Shown: positions 41,704-52,613 of the stretch, one piece after another | Layout of the letters: every line of letters starts with the position of its first letter | Position numbering within the stretch: position 1 is the stretch's first letter | Origin: Poseidonia sp. | GTDB lineage: Archaea > Thermoplasmatota > Poseidoniia > Poseidoniales > Poseidoniaceae | Direction: 5' to 3' | NCBI GenBank assembly: GCA_016779705.1 | Contig: JADHNB010000002.1 | Location: forward strand, 1,017-65,016 | Length of the DNA stretch: 64,000 nucleotides | Made by a program: the position numbers and the translations under genes | The notes under the pieces: model-generated | Told to the model about the DNA's origin: nothing | The model's database searches: none | The model's input: only the letters and a program-made list of their open reading frames with translations

Positions 41704-42966
41704 TCAGTACCCCCTCACCTGCATCAAGGCCTGAGACAAATCCATGTCCGGCATCCAATCAATGACCTGGGCTCCTGAACCTGCCAAGGTGGTGAGCCGG
41801 TTCTGTCGTTCCAACTTGAGCACTTCATAGGACATGCGTGGAATCCGGCTCACCAAGCGCTCGAAGTCAACGCTTGAGGGCGAGAGCACGGTGACTTCGT
41901 GACCTCGCCCGACGAGGTCACGCACAGCGGCCGGCACGGTCCCGTCGCCTTCGCATGAAGAAATGATGAACACCGGGCTGCCTCGACTAAAGCGGCCGCT
42001 CAAAGAGTTGGTAACCGCTTGAAGCGGCATGGCCCCTTTCGGCGTGACGCCCGCAAGGGCACTGAGGATCTTGAAGTACTGCTTGTCTCCCGTATCGGGG
42101 GGCAAATAAGCCAATTTCTCGTCGTAAATGGCCAACGCCACGGAATCACGCCGCTTCAGGAAGAAGGCCGCCAGACTGGCAGCGGAAACGGTGCCCATCT
42201 CGAGGGGATTTTTCAGCACCGTGCCGATGCGAGCGAGGTCTCGGCTGTCCAAAATGAGGTACAAGTCCGTGACCGCATCACGGCATTTCTCGTTCACCAT
42301 CAATTCACCGGTTCGTGCGAAGGCCTTCCAGTTGATGTTCTTGAACGGGTCACCGGGTACATACTCCCGCAGGGAGTAAAATTCGGAACCTTGCCCTGGC
42401 GTGCGCAACGTGGTGGCACCGGTGTACATTTTGGGAGTCCGGCTTCGCAAGAACGCTTCTTCGATGTCTTTGATTTGCGGGAAAATGACGATGTCGCTGT
42501 GATGATCGACGTACATCTCTTCGACGCCCAGATTGAAGGTGTTTCGAGCTCGCAAGGAGACCGGCCCGATGGAATAGTGGCCCCGCAACGGGCAACGCAG
42601 CACGTATCGAATGCGGGCGCTTTCACCCGGCTTGAGGTTCAATTGCATTTGGTTGAGCCCGCTTCGCAATTTCATTTCGTGGGGAATGTTGTCGTAGATG
42701 TCAAGCATCTGGGTTTTGCGATTGCTCCGGTTCGTTACCAAGAGTTCAACATAGAGGTCGTCCCCTTTGTACAGGTTGTCCGCCGAAAGCGTGCGCTGAA
42801 CTTCGACATCACCGTGACCTGAAATCCATGAATTGACCACGATGAAGGCGACGAGGGTCAAGCCTAGAATCATCATTTGTTGATTGGAAATCATCATTCC
42901 AATGAGCACCAAGGCGATGCCGCCGGTGAAGGTGAAGGCTGCTTTCCGTGTCCACATTGGCCTCAC
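41704..42966 (-). CDS. DUF58 (vWA-like) family protein with N-terminal TM helices
   Basis: RGHYSIGP, G.EFYSLREYVPGD..KNINWKAFAR and LILD motifs. Confidence 0.9.
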   Translation of the reverse strand: MRPMWTRKAAFTFTGGIALVLIGMMISNQQMMILGLTLVAFIVVNSWISGHGDVEVQRTLSADNLYKGDDLYVELLVTNRSNRKTQMLDIYDNIPHEMKLRSGLNQMQLNLKPGESARIRYVLRCPLRGHYSIGPVSLRARNTFNLGVEEMYVDHHSDIVIFPQIKDIEEAFLRSRTPKMYTGATTLRTPGQGSEFYSLREYVPGDPFKNINWKAFARTGELMVNEKCRDAVTDLYLILDSRDLARIGTVLKNPLEMGTVSAASLAAFFLKRRDSVALAIYDEKLAYLPPDTGDKQYFKILSALAGVTPKGAMPLQAVTNSLSGRFSRGSPVFIISSCEGDGTVPAAVRDLVGRGHEVTVLSPSSVDFERLVSRIPRMSYEVLKLERQNRLTTLAGSGAQVIDWMPDMDLSQALMQVRGY

Positions 42967-42970
42967 TTCC

Positions 42971-44674
42971 CTATTGACGACCCCACGCCTTGATGCGTTT
43001 CACCAACGCGACGGTCTGTTCGAGCGTGTACTTGTTGCTGGATTCAACGGCAAATTTAGCCAACACGGGGTCGTTGATCATGGCGACCAGTTCGCTGGCT
43101 TTCATCGCTTGGAATTCATCATGGTTCAGACCGTTTTGATTGCGGACCTTGGACAAGAACACCTGTCGGATTTTTTCTACCTTGGAGTAGTAGGCGTAGC
43201 GATTGGCATCACCAAACCCGTAGTAGATGATGCTGAACACGTGTCGCCAAGGTTCAGGGTCACGCTTCTTGATGAGCACGGCCTCGAAGGTGATGAACAA
43301 AATGAGGAAGAGCAACAGCATCGCAAGACCTTCACCGGTGAAATAGACGAGCAGGAAGTAGACGGTGTTGTACGAGTCGGCGGCCAAGGCGCTTTGTGGG
43401 TGGCGGGATTCGTCGAAGATGACCATGGCGTTTTGGGCGGGTTGCCCCTCTTCGCCAACCAACTCGCTCATCAGGGATTCAGCGATGTAATCCAACGCCC
43501 ATTTGCGGTTGTCGTTGCTGGGCATCAAGGTGTCGGTGGGTCCGTACTTCCCTTCATTGAATCCTTCGTAATCGTAAATCGCATTGATGAGGGCCGACCC
43601 ATCGGCAACAAAGAGGATGCGTCCACCATCGCTGGGGTTGCAACTCGCTCGAGCACACACTTCGATGCTCAAGTTGAATTGGCCCCAGCGGTCAGGGGTT
43701 TCAGGCGTTATTTCATTCCCAACCCAAATTTCACCGTCGCCGTTCACGTCCACCGTAGCCTCGTTGCTGGTGATGGCGCGGATGGCGACCTCAGAAAGCG
43801 GGCCGCGGACCCCTTGCATGACCTCAAGGCCGGTGATGTTGTTGAGCAGCATTTGATAGGTTCCGTTGTAGTCGATTTGGTTGCCAATGAGGTGCTGCGC
43901 ACACAAACCGGCGTCCTCTTCGCTGGAAAAGGCCGTCCCTTGGAGTCGGGAACACGGGTGCTCGCCTGGCGAACCAACGTCGGCCCAACGTTCATGTTCG
44001 GACAACGTGGTGGGGTCAAGAACGGTACCGTTCATGCCGCAAGGGTTGCTCTGCACGCACATCCAGATGTAATTAAAGTCCAATTCGGCAACGTAGGTGG
44101 TATCGAAAACCTGTTCACCCGTGTAGCGAATGCCGAAGGCCTCAGCGATGGTGCTGGCGTAGCCGTAGTCTTCGAAGACCATGGCGGTGCCGCCGGCCTC
44201 AACAAACTCGACGATGGCGTTGATCTCGGAGGGCGAATACCCGTTGCCCGATGCGATGGTGATGAAGCCGTCGTCGTCAAATTGGGGTAGGGTGAGCGTG
44301 TCGCGCTCGACGCCAGCGAGGACATAGGTCGTGTTTCGGGGGTCCTCGATGTCGGCCAGCAGCAGTGGGCTGCTGACCAATGAGCGGGTTTCAATCCCCA
44401 TGTCCTTGATGTCTTCGCGGAAGGCCGACATGTCGTTCCAATCGTCATCGTACGCCGAGAGTTGATTGGTAGCGCTCAGGTTGATGAAGTTGAGCAAGAT
44501 GGTCATCAACAAGACCAGCATGACCCCCCAGAACGAAGCTTGCAGCGCAAGCCTTCGAACATTGAGATTCGCAGGGAGGCCGAGCATTGGAATCACTGGG
44601 AAGAGCGTTCCCACAAAAACCACGGCTCCCGCTGACTTTAGAAGGTTGTCCACACCGGTGGCGAAAATGCTCAT
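42971..44674 (-). CDS. DUF4350-like membrane-anchored protein
   Basis: N-terminal TMs; S.Y...WN..S.F, FVEAGG, GRILFVADGSALIN, DN...A and IFDESRH patterns; C-terminal TM. Confidence 0.65.
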   Translation of the reverse strand: MSIFATGVDNLLKSAGAVVFVGTLFPVIPMLGLPANLNVRRLALQASFWGVMLVLLMTILLNFINLSATNQLSAYDDDWNDMSAFREDIKDMGIETRSLVSSPLLLADIEDPRNTTYVLAGVERDTLTLPQFDDDGFITIASGNGYSPSEINAIVEFVEAGGTAMVFEDYGYASTIAEAFGIRYTGEQVFDTTYVAELDFNYIWMCVQSNPCGMNGTVLDPTTLSEHERWADVGSPGEHPCSRLQGTAFSSEEDAGLCAQHLIGNQIDYNGTYQMLLNNITGLEVMQGVRGPLSEVAIRAITSNEATVDVNGDGEIWVGNEITPETPDRWGQFNLSIEVCARASCNPSDGGRILFVADGSALINAIYDYEGFNEGKYGPTDTLMPSNDNRKWALDYIAESLMSELVGEEGQPAQNAMVIFDESRHPQSALAADSYNTVYFLLVYFTGEGLAMLLLFLILFITFEAVLIKKRDPEPWRHVFSIIYYGFGDANRYAYYSKVEKIRQVFLSKVRNQNGLNHDEFQAMKASELVAMINDPVLAKFAVESSNKYTLEQTVALVKRIKAWGRQ

Positions 44675-44691
44675 CCGAAGACGAACGCAGT

Positions 44692-44931
44692 TCACTGATT
44701 CAAGTGGATTTTCGCAGCGATTCTGGCCACCGCGGAAGCGGGGATGGTGACCGTGGTTGAATCGTGCTCAAACGGCAGGGCAGCAGGGTCCACCGTGGCC
44801 TCCACACGAACGACCAACTCGCTGATGGAACCCGTGTTCAGTTCAAAGTGAACATCGACCAAGGTCCCGAGGGTGGCTCCGGTTCGGTCCAAGACCGACC
44901 TGCCAAGCACCTCTCGTCCGAAGATGGCCAT
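44692..44931 (-). CDS. PRC-barrel domain protein (CdpB-like)
   Basis: LGRSVLDRTG..LGTLVDV.F...TG.I..LVV...IP...V..I PRC-barrel pattern in 79 aa. Confidence 0.85.
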   Translation of the reverse strand: MAIFGREVLGRSVLDRTGATLGTLVDVHFELNTGSISELVVRVEATVDPAALPFEHDSTTVTIPASAVARIAAKIHLNQ

Positions 44932-44997
44932 GCTCCCCTCGCCTCGGTGGTCGGTTGGAAGGCAATCCCATCAATGCGTCGGTGGAGCCTTGCAACC

Positions 44998-47226
44998 TCA
45001 CATCGTTTCCATGCCACGGCTGAAATCACGATTTCGCTTGATGTTGGTCAATCCGGATGTCAGACGGGTCTCCATCTTTTGGTAATACTCGAGCATGTCG
45101 GGGGTGACGGTGGGTCGGACACGTGAGATGGCTTCCTCGAAGTGAGCCTTGGTGACCTTCTTTTTCCCAGTCCGCATACAGATGAGGGCGGCTTCACGGC
45201 ACACGGCCTCGATGTCGGCACCGGTAAACCCGTCCATGCCCGAAAGAAGGTCCTTGAACGAGAACTTGCCGAGCGGCATGCCTTCGCTGTGAATGGCAAA
45301 AATGGCTTCTCGAGCGCCTGCATCGGGGGGCGGTACGTGAAGCACGCGCTCAAAGCGACCGCTCCGCAAGAGGGCGGGGTCAATCATCTCAGGCCGGTTG
45401 GTGGCTGCGACGATGATCACGCCGTCCAAGGATTCCACGCCGTCCATGCTGGCGAGCAGCTGATTGACCACGCGATTGGCCACATCGGAGCCTTCGGAGG
45501 CGCTGCCGCCGCTTCGCATGGACGCAATCGATTCAAACTCGTCGAGGAAGATGATGGACGGAGCGGATTGTTTGGCTTTCTTGAAGATTTCACGAATGGC
45601 TCGTTCGGATTCACCGACCCATTTGGAAATCAGTTCGGGACCTTTGATGCTGATGAAATTCGCCTGGGCTTCGTTCGCAATGGCCTTCGCCAACAATGTT
45701 TTCCCCGTTCCAGGAGCCCCAAACAACACAATACCACGGGGGGGTTTGATGCCAAAGTGCTCGAACAACTCAGGCTTGGTTAACGGCCATTCCACCGATT
45801 CCTTCAAGCGGTCCTTGACTTCGTTCAAGCCGCCGACCTCTTCCCACGAAACTTCGGGGACTTCGACGTAAATTTCGCGCAAGGCGGAGGGTTCAATGTC
45901 ACGGATGGCTTCCTTGAAATCATCCATGCACACTTCCATCTTCTCCAGCACTTCGGGAGGAAGCGTTTCGTCTTCCAAATCAATTTCGGGGAGATACCGT
46001 CGCAGCGCCCTCATGGCGGCTTCCCTCACCAAGGCGGCGAGGTCGGCCCCGACGAACCCGTAGGTGTTGTCAAGCACCCATGCCACGTCGAAGTCATCGG
46101 CGATGGGCATCTGTCGGGTGTGAACGTCCATGATTTCATGGCGCCCCTCGCGGTCGGGAACCCCAATTTCGATCTCTCGGTCAAATCGTCCTGGGCGCCG
46201 AAGCGCTGGGTCAAGCGCATCCCTTCGGTTGGTAGCGCCAATGACCACCACGTTGTCACGGCCTTGCATGCCGTCCATCAGGGTCAGCATTTGAGCGACG
46301 ACACGGCGTTCAACTTCGCCCGTGACGTCTTCACGTTTGGGACAAATGGAATCAATTTCATCAATAAAAACGATGCCGGGGGCGTTTTCGGCCGCTTCGT
46401 CAAATATTTCGCGTAGTTGTTTCTCCGATTCACCGTAATACTTGGAAATAATTTCTGGACCGTTGATGCTCTTGAAATGGGCGTTCACTTCCGTGGCGAC
46501 GGCCTTGGCAATCATCGTTTTCCCTGTGCCGGGAGGGCCGTGCAAGAGAACCCCTTTGGGAGGGTCAATCCCTAGCCGGCGGAAGAGTTCGGGGTGCTTG
46601 AGGGGAAGTTCGATCATCTCACGAACCTTCTGAAGTTGCTGCCCAATCCCGCCAACATCCTCGTAAGTGATGCCCTCGGATTGGCTCATGTCTTCTTCGG
46701 CAACCGCCTCGTCCTTGATGACGATCTCGGTGTCGGTGTTGACCACGACAATCCCCTTGGGGACGGTGGCCATCACGGCGAAGGGGAGCGCTTCGGTGAA
46801 CAACGTCATTCCGGGGATGAAGATGCGGTCGCCAGCCATCACCGGTCGCTTGGCGAGGCCCCGCTTGGCGAAGCCTTCGATGCCCGGGCCAAATTTGACC
46901 TTCTGCTTGCTGGCCATGACGGGTGATATGGTGAGTTTGGTGCACGCCTTGGCCTCCACCTTTCGGACGGTGACTCGGTCGCCAAGACTCACGCCAGCGT
47001 TTTTTCGGATGATGCCGTCCACCCGGATAATATCCATCTTGGCGTCTTCGGGCCGGCTTCGCCAGTAGATGGCCGCCGTTGACCGCTCTTCACCGCTGAT
47101 CTCCACGAAGTCACCGGGTTTGAGGTCCAAGCCCATTTCCGATGAAATGCGGGCCCGGCCGAAACCGACGTCGGACGGGATGGCTTTGGATACGCGCAAT
47201 TCTACGGTTTCGTCTTTGGCTGCCAT
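44998..47226 (-). CDS. cdc48: CDC48/VAT family AAA+ ATPase
   Basis: N-domain plus two AAA modules (GPPGTGKT and [17 protein letters not shown]). Confidence 0.96.
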   Translation of the reverse strand: MAAKDETVELRVSKAIPSDVGFGRARISSEMGLDLKPGDFVEISGEERSTAAIYWRSRPEDAKMDIIRVDGIIRKNAGVSLGDRVTVRKVEAKACTKLTISPVMASKQKVKFGPGIEGFAKRGLAKRPVMAGDRIFIPGMTLFTEALPFAVMATVPKGIVVVNTDTEIVIKDEAVAEEDMSQSEGITYEDVGGIGQQLQKVREMIELPLKHPELFRRLGIDPPKGVLLHGPPGTGKTMIAKAVATEVNAHFKSINGPEIISKYYGESEKQLREIFDEAAENAPGIVFIDEIDSICPKREDVTGEVERRVVAQMLTLMDGMQGRDNVVVIGATNRRDALDPALRRPGRFDREIEIGVPDREGRHEIMDVHTRQMPIADDFDVAWVLDNTYGFVGADLAALVREAAMRALRRYLPEIDLEDETLPPEVLEKMEVCMDDFKEAIRDIEPSALREIYVEVPEVSWEEVGGLNEVKDRLKESVEWPLTKPELFEHFGIKPPRGIVLFGAPGTGKTLLAKAIANEAQANFISIKGPELISKWVGESERAIREIFKKAKQSAPSIIFLDEFESIASMRSGGSASEGSDVANRVVNQLLASMDGVESLDGVIIVAATNRPEMIDPALLRSGRFERVLHVPPPDAGAREAIFAIHSEGMPLGKFSFKDLLSGMDGFTGADIEAVCREAALICMRTGKKKVTKAHFEEAISRVRPTVTPDMLEYYQKMETRLTSGLTNIKRNRDFSRGMETM

Positions 47227-47419
47227 ACGCTCCTCTCCTCTCAAGCAACTGTCCTTGACGGTATATGAAGTCAATCAACCAGAATCATGAACGGGTCGCC
47301 GTCACGACGTCCCAAGGCCCCCCTTTAAACCCAAGCAAAACGGTTGATAGGGGACGGAGCACCGTCAACCAAACAGAGTCGCCATCACATTCAAGTGACG
47401 GATGAAACCCCACAGGGCC

Positions 47420-49048
47420 ATGGTTCATGTGCTTGAGACCGGCTTGGAATACCTCGACCTCAACAACCCCAACGGCAAACCCGCCGTGCGCGGCTACAAC
47501 ATCATCAACGGCCAACTCACCGATGCGAGCGACGGCGGAACCTTCGCCTCAACCAACCCTGCGTTGCTCGCCGATTGCCTGGGCCAATTCCCGCTTTCAA
47601 CTCGGGACGATGTCCGAACCGCGCTCAAGGCCGCCCACGAGGCGTTTCCTGCGTGGGCCGCCACGCCCGCCCCCACCCGGGGCCAAATCATTGGAAACAT
47701 GGGGCGCCTGCTCATGGAGCACAAAGACGCCTTGGTCGCTTTGGAAACCCGGGAAATCGGGAAAACGTTGAAGGAATCGGGTGGAGAAATCCAAGAGGCA
47801 ATTGACACTTGCCTGTTCTTTCAATCCGAAGGACGGCGACTGTACGGCCAAACGGTGAATTCGGAATTGCCCGACAAAGAGCTGTTCACCTACCGCCGCC
47901 CGCTTGGCGTCTGTGGCATCATCAACGCCTGCAACTTCCCCTCGGCCGTGCCGTTCTGGAAGATGATCCCCGCCATCATGTGCGGCAACACCTGCGTCTG
48001 GAAGAGTCCGCAAGACGCCCCGTTGCTCTCCTTTGCCCTCGCCCGAATCATGCACCAAGCAGGGTTGCCCGACGGCGTCATCAACCTCGTCCACGGCAAG
48101 GGAAGCGGTGCCGGACAATACTTGGTTGACGCTGTCGACGAAGGTTTGGTCAACAAAATTTCGTTCACCGGTTCAACCGAAGTCGGAAAGATGATCGGCG
48201 AAGTCTGCGGTCGAAACTTGGTCTCCTGTTCGCTCGAATTGGGCGGCAAAAACCCGCTGGTCGTGATGCCTTCCGCCAACCTTGACAACGCCGTAGAAGG
48301 CGCCTACTGGGGGGCCTTTGGCACCGCTGGACAACGCTGCACCAGCCTCGGCAACCTCATCGTTCACGAGGCCGTTTACGACGCCTTCATGGAGAAGTTC
48401 ATGGCCAAAGTGAAATCCACCCGCATTGGCAATTCCCTCGTTCACAAGGACGTGCTCTACGGCCCCATGCTTTCTGAAAAATACGCCAAGGACTTCCTCG
48501 CCGGCATCGAGATGGCCAAAGCCAGCGGGGCCACCCACCTTTGGGGGCAAGGGCCCGTCACCGCTGACAACGCCCCGGAGAATTTCGTCGGCGACGCCTC
48601 CGAAGGGGTCTTCATGTGGCCTCACGTCTTCGTGGACGTCACCGAGGACATGGCGTGCTTCCACGAGGAAATCTTCGGCCCGGTCGTCACCGTCGTGAAA
48701 GCCAACGACTTCGAACACGCCCTCCATCTCGCCAACGCCAGCCCCTACGGGTTGTCCTCGGCCATCTACACCAACGACCGCCTGGAAGCTTACCGTTACA
48801 AGACGGGCATCAAAGCAGGGATGACCGGAATCAACAACTCCACCACCGGCGCCGAGGCCCACCTGCCGTTTGGCGGGGTGAAGGGGTCGGGCAACGGCAC
48901 ACGAGAATCCGGCATTTGGGTCCTTGAAGCCTACTCGTATTGGCACGCCGTGAACGATGAACTGTCCGGCAAACTCCAGCTCGCCCAAATGGACGTCGAC
49001 GAGATTGAAACGGTCGAGGCTGAGGTCAATTGGTCTGAATTGGCCTGA
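47420..49048 (+). CDS. Aldehyde dehydrogenase (ALDH7/DhaS-like)
   Basis: FTGST, LELGGKN, AGQRCTS, EEIFGP and PFGG.K.SGNG motifs. Confidence 0.92.
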   Translation: MVHVLETGLEYLDLNNPNGKPAVRGYNIINGQLTDASDGGTFASTNPALLADCLGQFPLSTRDDVRTALKAAHEAFPAWAATPAPTRGQIIGNMGRLLMEHKDALVALETREIGKTLKESGGEIQEAIDTCLFFQSEGRRLYGQTVNSELPDKELFTYRRPLGVCGIINACNFPSAVPFWKMIPAIMCGNTCVWKSPQDAPLLSFALARIMHQAGLPDGVINLVHGKGSGAGQYLVDAVDEGLVNKISFTGSTEVGKMIGEVCGRNLVSCSLELGGKNPLVVMPSANLDNAVEGAYWGAFGTAGQRCTSLGNLIVHEAVYDAFMEKFMAKVKSTRIGNSLVHKDVLYGPMLSEKYAKDFLAGIEMAKASGATHLWGQGPVTADNAPENFVGDASEGVFMWPHVFVDVTEDMACFHEEIFGPVVTVVKANDFEHALHLANASPYGLSSAIYTNDRLEAYRYKTGIKAGMTGINNSTTGAEAHLPFGGVKGSGNGTRESGIWVLEAYSYWHAVNDELSGKLQLAQMDVDEIETVEAEVNWSELA

Positions 49049-49143
49049 GAATCTTTCAATTTCGGCTCACGGCTCAATGGTGAACCTCAAAGACCCTGCG
49101 CAACTCGGAAGGGTTGTTCCCTACGGGAACACGGGTGAACCTC

Positions 49144-49983
49144 ATGGGCGAAGGCATCAAACTCCCGGTCATCAACGGATTGGGACGCACCAACCGAATC
49201 GACAATTGGTGGAGCCAACCGATGGCCATGGGCATCGGGCTCACCGCTGCCTTGGTCTACACGTTTTGGCGCCTGTTTCTCTACGGCACCGAAGCAGCCA
49301 ACGGAGCGTCGCTCATCTCGTACGAACTTCACGGGAGCACCGTGATGTCGCCCATTTTCTCCCCCAACGTCCTGGAATGGAACCTCTTCGGATTGAACGA
49401 GTGGAACCACCCCGAATGGGTCAATGCAGCCATCCTGGTGCTATGGATCCCCTTTGGTTTCCGAGGTACCTGCTACTACATGCGTCGTGTCTACTACCGC
49501 ACGTTTTTTGCCAGCCCCACGGCCTGCTGGGTGGACGAGCCCGACATCAACAAGGCCATTGGATACAAAGGCGAGAAGCGGTTGTTCATTTTCAACAACC
49601 TTCACCGCTACTTCCTGTACGCTGCGATGGTGATTTTGGTCATCAAATGGTGGGACGTCACCCACACAATGCACTTCGATTCAAGCGCCCACCATGGGTA
49701 CGGGGTCTCCATCGGCACCTTCGTGATGGCGATTGAAGCGTTCTTGCTCACGATGTACGTGACCTCGTGCCATGCCCTGCGCCACTTGGCAGGAGGCATG
49801 CTCGACCGTTGGACCACCGGCATCAGTCGGGTTCGCGGCCGTTTGTTTGGCAAGATCAGCGTGCTCAACCGGTCCCACGGCTTCTGGTTTTGGACCTCGC
49901 TCGCCTTCGTGTTCCTCGGTGACCTTTGGGTCCTGGCGGTGGCCGAAGGCCGCCTGAACGATGCGGTGCTGTTTGTGATTTGA
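49144..49983 (+). CDS. Succinate dehydrogenase membrane anchor, mycobacterial Sdh1 (Rv0249c-like) type
   Basis: 5 TM helices with FRGTCYYMR, NLHRYF and SCHALRH motifs; directly upstream of sdhA. Confidence 0.85.
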   Translation: MGEGIKLPVINGLGRTNRIDNWWSQPMAMGIGLTAALVYTFWRLFLYGTEAANGASLISYELHGSTVMSPIFSPNVLEWNLFGLNEWNHPEWVNAAILVLWIPFGFRGTCYYMRRVYYRTFFASPTACWVDEPDINKAIGYKGEKRLFIFNNLHRYFLYAAMVILVIKWWDVTHTMHFDSSAHHGYGVSIGTFVMAIEAFLLTMYVTSCHALRHLAGGMLDRWTTGISRVRGRLFGKISVLNRSHGFWFWTSLAFVFLGDLWVLAVAEGRLNDAVLFVI

Positions 49984-49992
49984 GGTGAGATG

Positions 49993-51846
49993 ATGGGCGA
50001 ACATATTACCAAACACGAATACGATGTCATCGTCATCGGCGCCGGTGGCGCAGGTCTTCGGGCGGCCATTGAAGCGGCCCGAAGCGGCGCGAAAACCGCC
50101 ATCATCACGAAGTCGCTGTTGGGGAAAGCTCACACCGTCATGGCCGAGGGTGGCTGTGCCGCCGCGCTTCAGAACGCCGACCCCCGTGACGGTTGGAAGG
50201 TGCACTTCCACGACACCATGAAGGGCAGCAAGTGGCTAGCCAACTGGCGCATGGCCGAATTCCACGCCAAAGAAGCGCCTGACCGGGTGCGAGAACTCGA
50301 ACAATGGGGTGCGGTGTTTGACCGAACGCCCAAGAACCTCATCAACCAACGAAATTTCGGTGGACACACCTTCCCCCGCCTCGCCCACGTCGGTGACGCC
50401 ACGGGCCTCGAGATCATTCGCACGTTGCAGGAACGGGGCATCCACGAAGGCATTGACATCTTCATGGAATACACGGTTCGCACGCTGCTCAAAGAAGGCG
50501 ACCGGGTTACGGGATGCGTCGCCTACACCCGAGTCAACGGCGATGTCCATGCCTTTTCCGCCAAGTCCGTGGTCCTCGCCACCGGCGGCATCACCCGCTG
50601 CTGGTCGGTCTGTTCCGGGTCATGGGAGTACACCGGAGACGGGCATGCGCTTGCGCTTTGGGCGGGTGCGGAACTTCGGGACATGGAGTTCGTTCAATTC
50701 CACCCAACGGGCATGGTTTGGCCACCCTCTGTCCGTGGCATCCTTGTGACCGAGGGGGTTCGTGGAGAAGGCGGTCGCTTGACCAACAGCGAAGGCAGTC
50801 GCTTCATGTTTGATTACGTTCCCGAAATGTTTGCTGGCGACCACGCTGACACCATCGAAGAAGCCGACCAATGGGTTGAGGAAGTCGTCAGCGGCAAACT
50901 CGCCACCGTCCGCCGCCCACCCGAACTGCTGACCCGTGACGTGGTGGCCAAAGCCATCAACGCCGAAGTCAAGGCAGGCCGAGGTTCGCCCCACGGTGGA
51001 GCCTTCCTCGACATTTCCCACCGAGGCGAAGAGGCGATTTTGAAGAAATTGCCGTCCATGCACCACCAATTCAAGGAACTCGCTGGCGTTGACATCAGCA
51101 AAGAGCCGATGGAAGTGGGCCCCACCGCACACTACGTGATGGGCGGTGTGCGTGTTGACGCCGAATCACAGGAAACGACCGTTCCCGGTTTGTTTGCCTG
51201 CGGCGAAGTGGCCTCTGGGCTTCACGGAGCCAACCGATTGGGTGGAAATTCACTCTCCGACCTCATCGTCTTTGGGAAGCGAGCCGGTGAATTCGCCGCA
51301 AAACGTGCCAAAGACCTCGCCCAACCCGCCATTGACGATGCTCAGGTCGAAAGCGCCGTGGCCGACATGTTGGCCCCACTCCAGCGAGACGGTGGCGAAA
51401 ATCCCGGCCGAATCTACGACGAAATGCGAGACATGATGCAAGCCAAGGTTGGCATCATCCGAACCAAGAGCGAACTCGAAGAAGCGCTTGAGGACATCAA
51501 AGCGTTCAAGCAACGGGCCATGGCGTGTTCTTCGGGTACTTCCCGGAAGTACAACTCCGGATGGCACCAAGCCTTGGACCTCATCAACATGGCCGACGTA
51601 TCCCATGCGGCGACCTTGGCCGCCATCACCCGAGAGGAAAGTCGAGGAGGTCACACGCGTGACGATTTCCCGACGCCCGAGGACGATTATTGGGGCAAGA
51701 CCCTCAACATCATCTGGATGGAGGACGGCGAGATGAAGATTCGACAAGAACCGGTGGAAGAGATGCGTGAAGACCTAAAGGACGCCCTCAAGGAAGTGAA
51801 AGCCATGATTGCGGAACGGGCTGCGGAAGTCGGAGGTGGAAATTGA
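49993..51846 (+). CDS. sdhA: Succinate dehydrogenase flavoprotein subunit
   Basis: GAGGAG, AHTVMAEGG, QFHPTG, EGVRGEGG, HGANRLGGNSL and ESRGGH motifs. Confidence 0.95.
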   Translation: MGEHITKHEYDVIVIGAGGAGLRAAIEAARSGAKTAIITKSLLGKAHTVMAEGGCAAALQNADPRDGWKVHFHDTMKGSKWLANWRMAEFHAKEAPDRVRELEQWGAVFDRTPKNLINQRNFGGHTFPRLAHVGDATGLEIIRTLQERGIHEGIDIFMEYTVRTLLKEGDRVTGCVAYTRVNGDVHAFSAKSVVLATGGITRCWSVCSGSWEYTGDGHALALWAGAELRDMEFVQFHPTGMVWPPSVRGILVTEGVRGEGGRLTNSEGSRFMFDYVPEMFAGDHADTIEEADQWVEEVVSGKLATVRRPPELLTRDVVAKAINAEVKAGRGSPHGGAFLDISHRGEEAILKKLPSMHHQFKELAGVDISKEPMEVGPTAHYVMGGVRVDAESQETTVPGLFACGEVASGLHGANRLGGNSLSDLIVFGKRAGEFAAKRAKDLAQPAIDDAQVESAVADMLAPLQRDGGENPGRIYDEMRDMMQAKVGIIRTKSELEEALEDIKAFKQRAMACSSGTSRKYNSGWHQALDLINMADVSHAATLAAITREESRGGHTRDDFPTPEDDYWGKTLNIIWMEDGEMKIRQEPVEEMREDLKDALKEVKAMIAERAAEVGGGN

Positions 51847-52613
51847 TGTCCCTCAAAGGCACCAAACAATCGTTCAACATTCTTCGTGGTGAAGGCGAGG
51901 ACGCCAAACTGGAAGCCTACGAGTTGGAACTCGATGAAGGCATGGTCGTGTTGGACTGCGTTCACCGCATTCAGCACGAACAAGAACCCGACATGGCCGT
52001 TCGCTGGAACTGCAAGGCGGGCAAGTGCGGCTCCTGTTCGGCTGAAATCAACGGGCGGCCTCGCCTGATGTGCATGACCCGAATGAGCGATGTCGTGGCT
52101 GAAACGCCGGCCGGACAACCGATTGAAATCCGACCCATGAAGACCTTCCCGCACGTCAAAGACCTCGTCACCGACGTGAGTTGGAACTACGAGGTTGCGC
52201 AACGCATCAAACCGATCAACGGCCCGGAGAACCTGGATTGGGAATTTAACCAGATGGAAGCCGACCGGGTGCAGCACTTCCGTGAATGCATCGAGTGCTT
52301 CTTGTGCGTCAACACCTGCCACGTGTTGCGAGATCACGCCCTGTTCGATGAATTCGCTGGCCCTCGAAACTTGGTCCGCTTGGCAAACTACGAAATGCAC
52401 CCCCTGGACATTGAGGACCGCATTCCAGAGATCAAGAAGGAATTTGGTGTGGAGTACTGCAACATCACCCGATGTTGCACGGAGGTTTGCCCAGCCGGCA
52501 TTCAAATCACGGACGACGCCATCATCCAACTCAAGGAACGCGTCGTTGACCGTTACTACGACCCGCTGCAACGAATATGGCGAACCCTCACCCGCAAGAA
52601 GGTCCGCTACTGA
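51846..52613 (+). CDS. sdhB: Succinate dehydrogenase iron-sulfur subunit
   Basis: CKAGKCGSC, CIECFLC and CNITRCCTEVCP cluster motifs. Confidence 0.95.
   Translation: MSLKGTKQSFNILRGEGEDAKLEAYELELDEGMVVLDCVHRIQHEQEPDMAVRWNCKAGKCGSCSAEINGRPRLMCMTRMSDVVAETPAGQPIEIRPMKTFPHVKDLVTDVSWNYEVAQRIKPINGPENLDWEFNQMEADRVQHFRECIECFLCVNTCHVLRDHALFDEFAGPRNLVRLANYEMHPLDIEDRIPEIKKEFGVEYCNITRCCTEVCPAGIQITDDAIIQLKERVVDRYYDPLQRIWRTLTRKKVRY

Noticed and set aside
47330..47420. Riboswitch in the aldehyde dehydrogenase leader
   Set aside because: Only short hairpins (GACGG/CCGTC, TCAC/GTGA); no recognisable aptamer consensus
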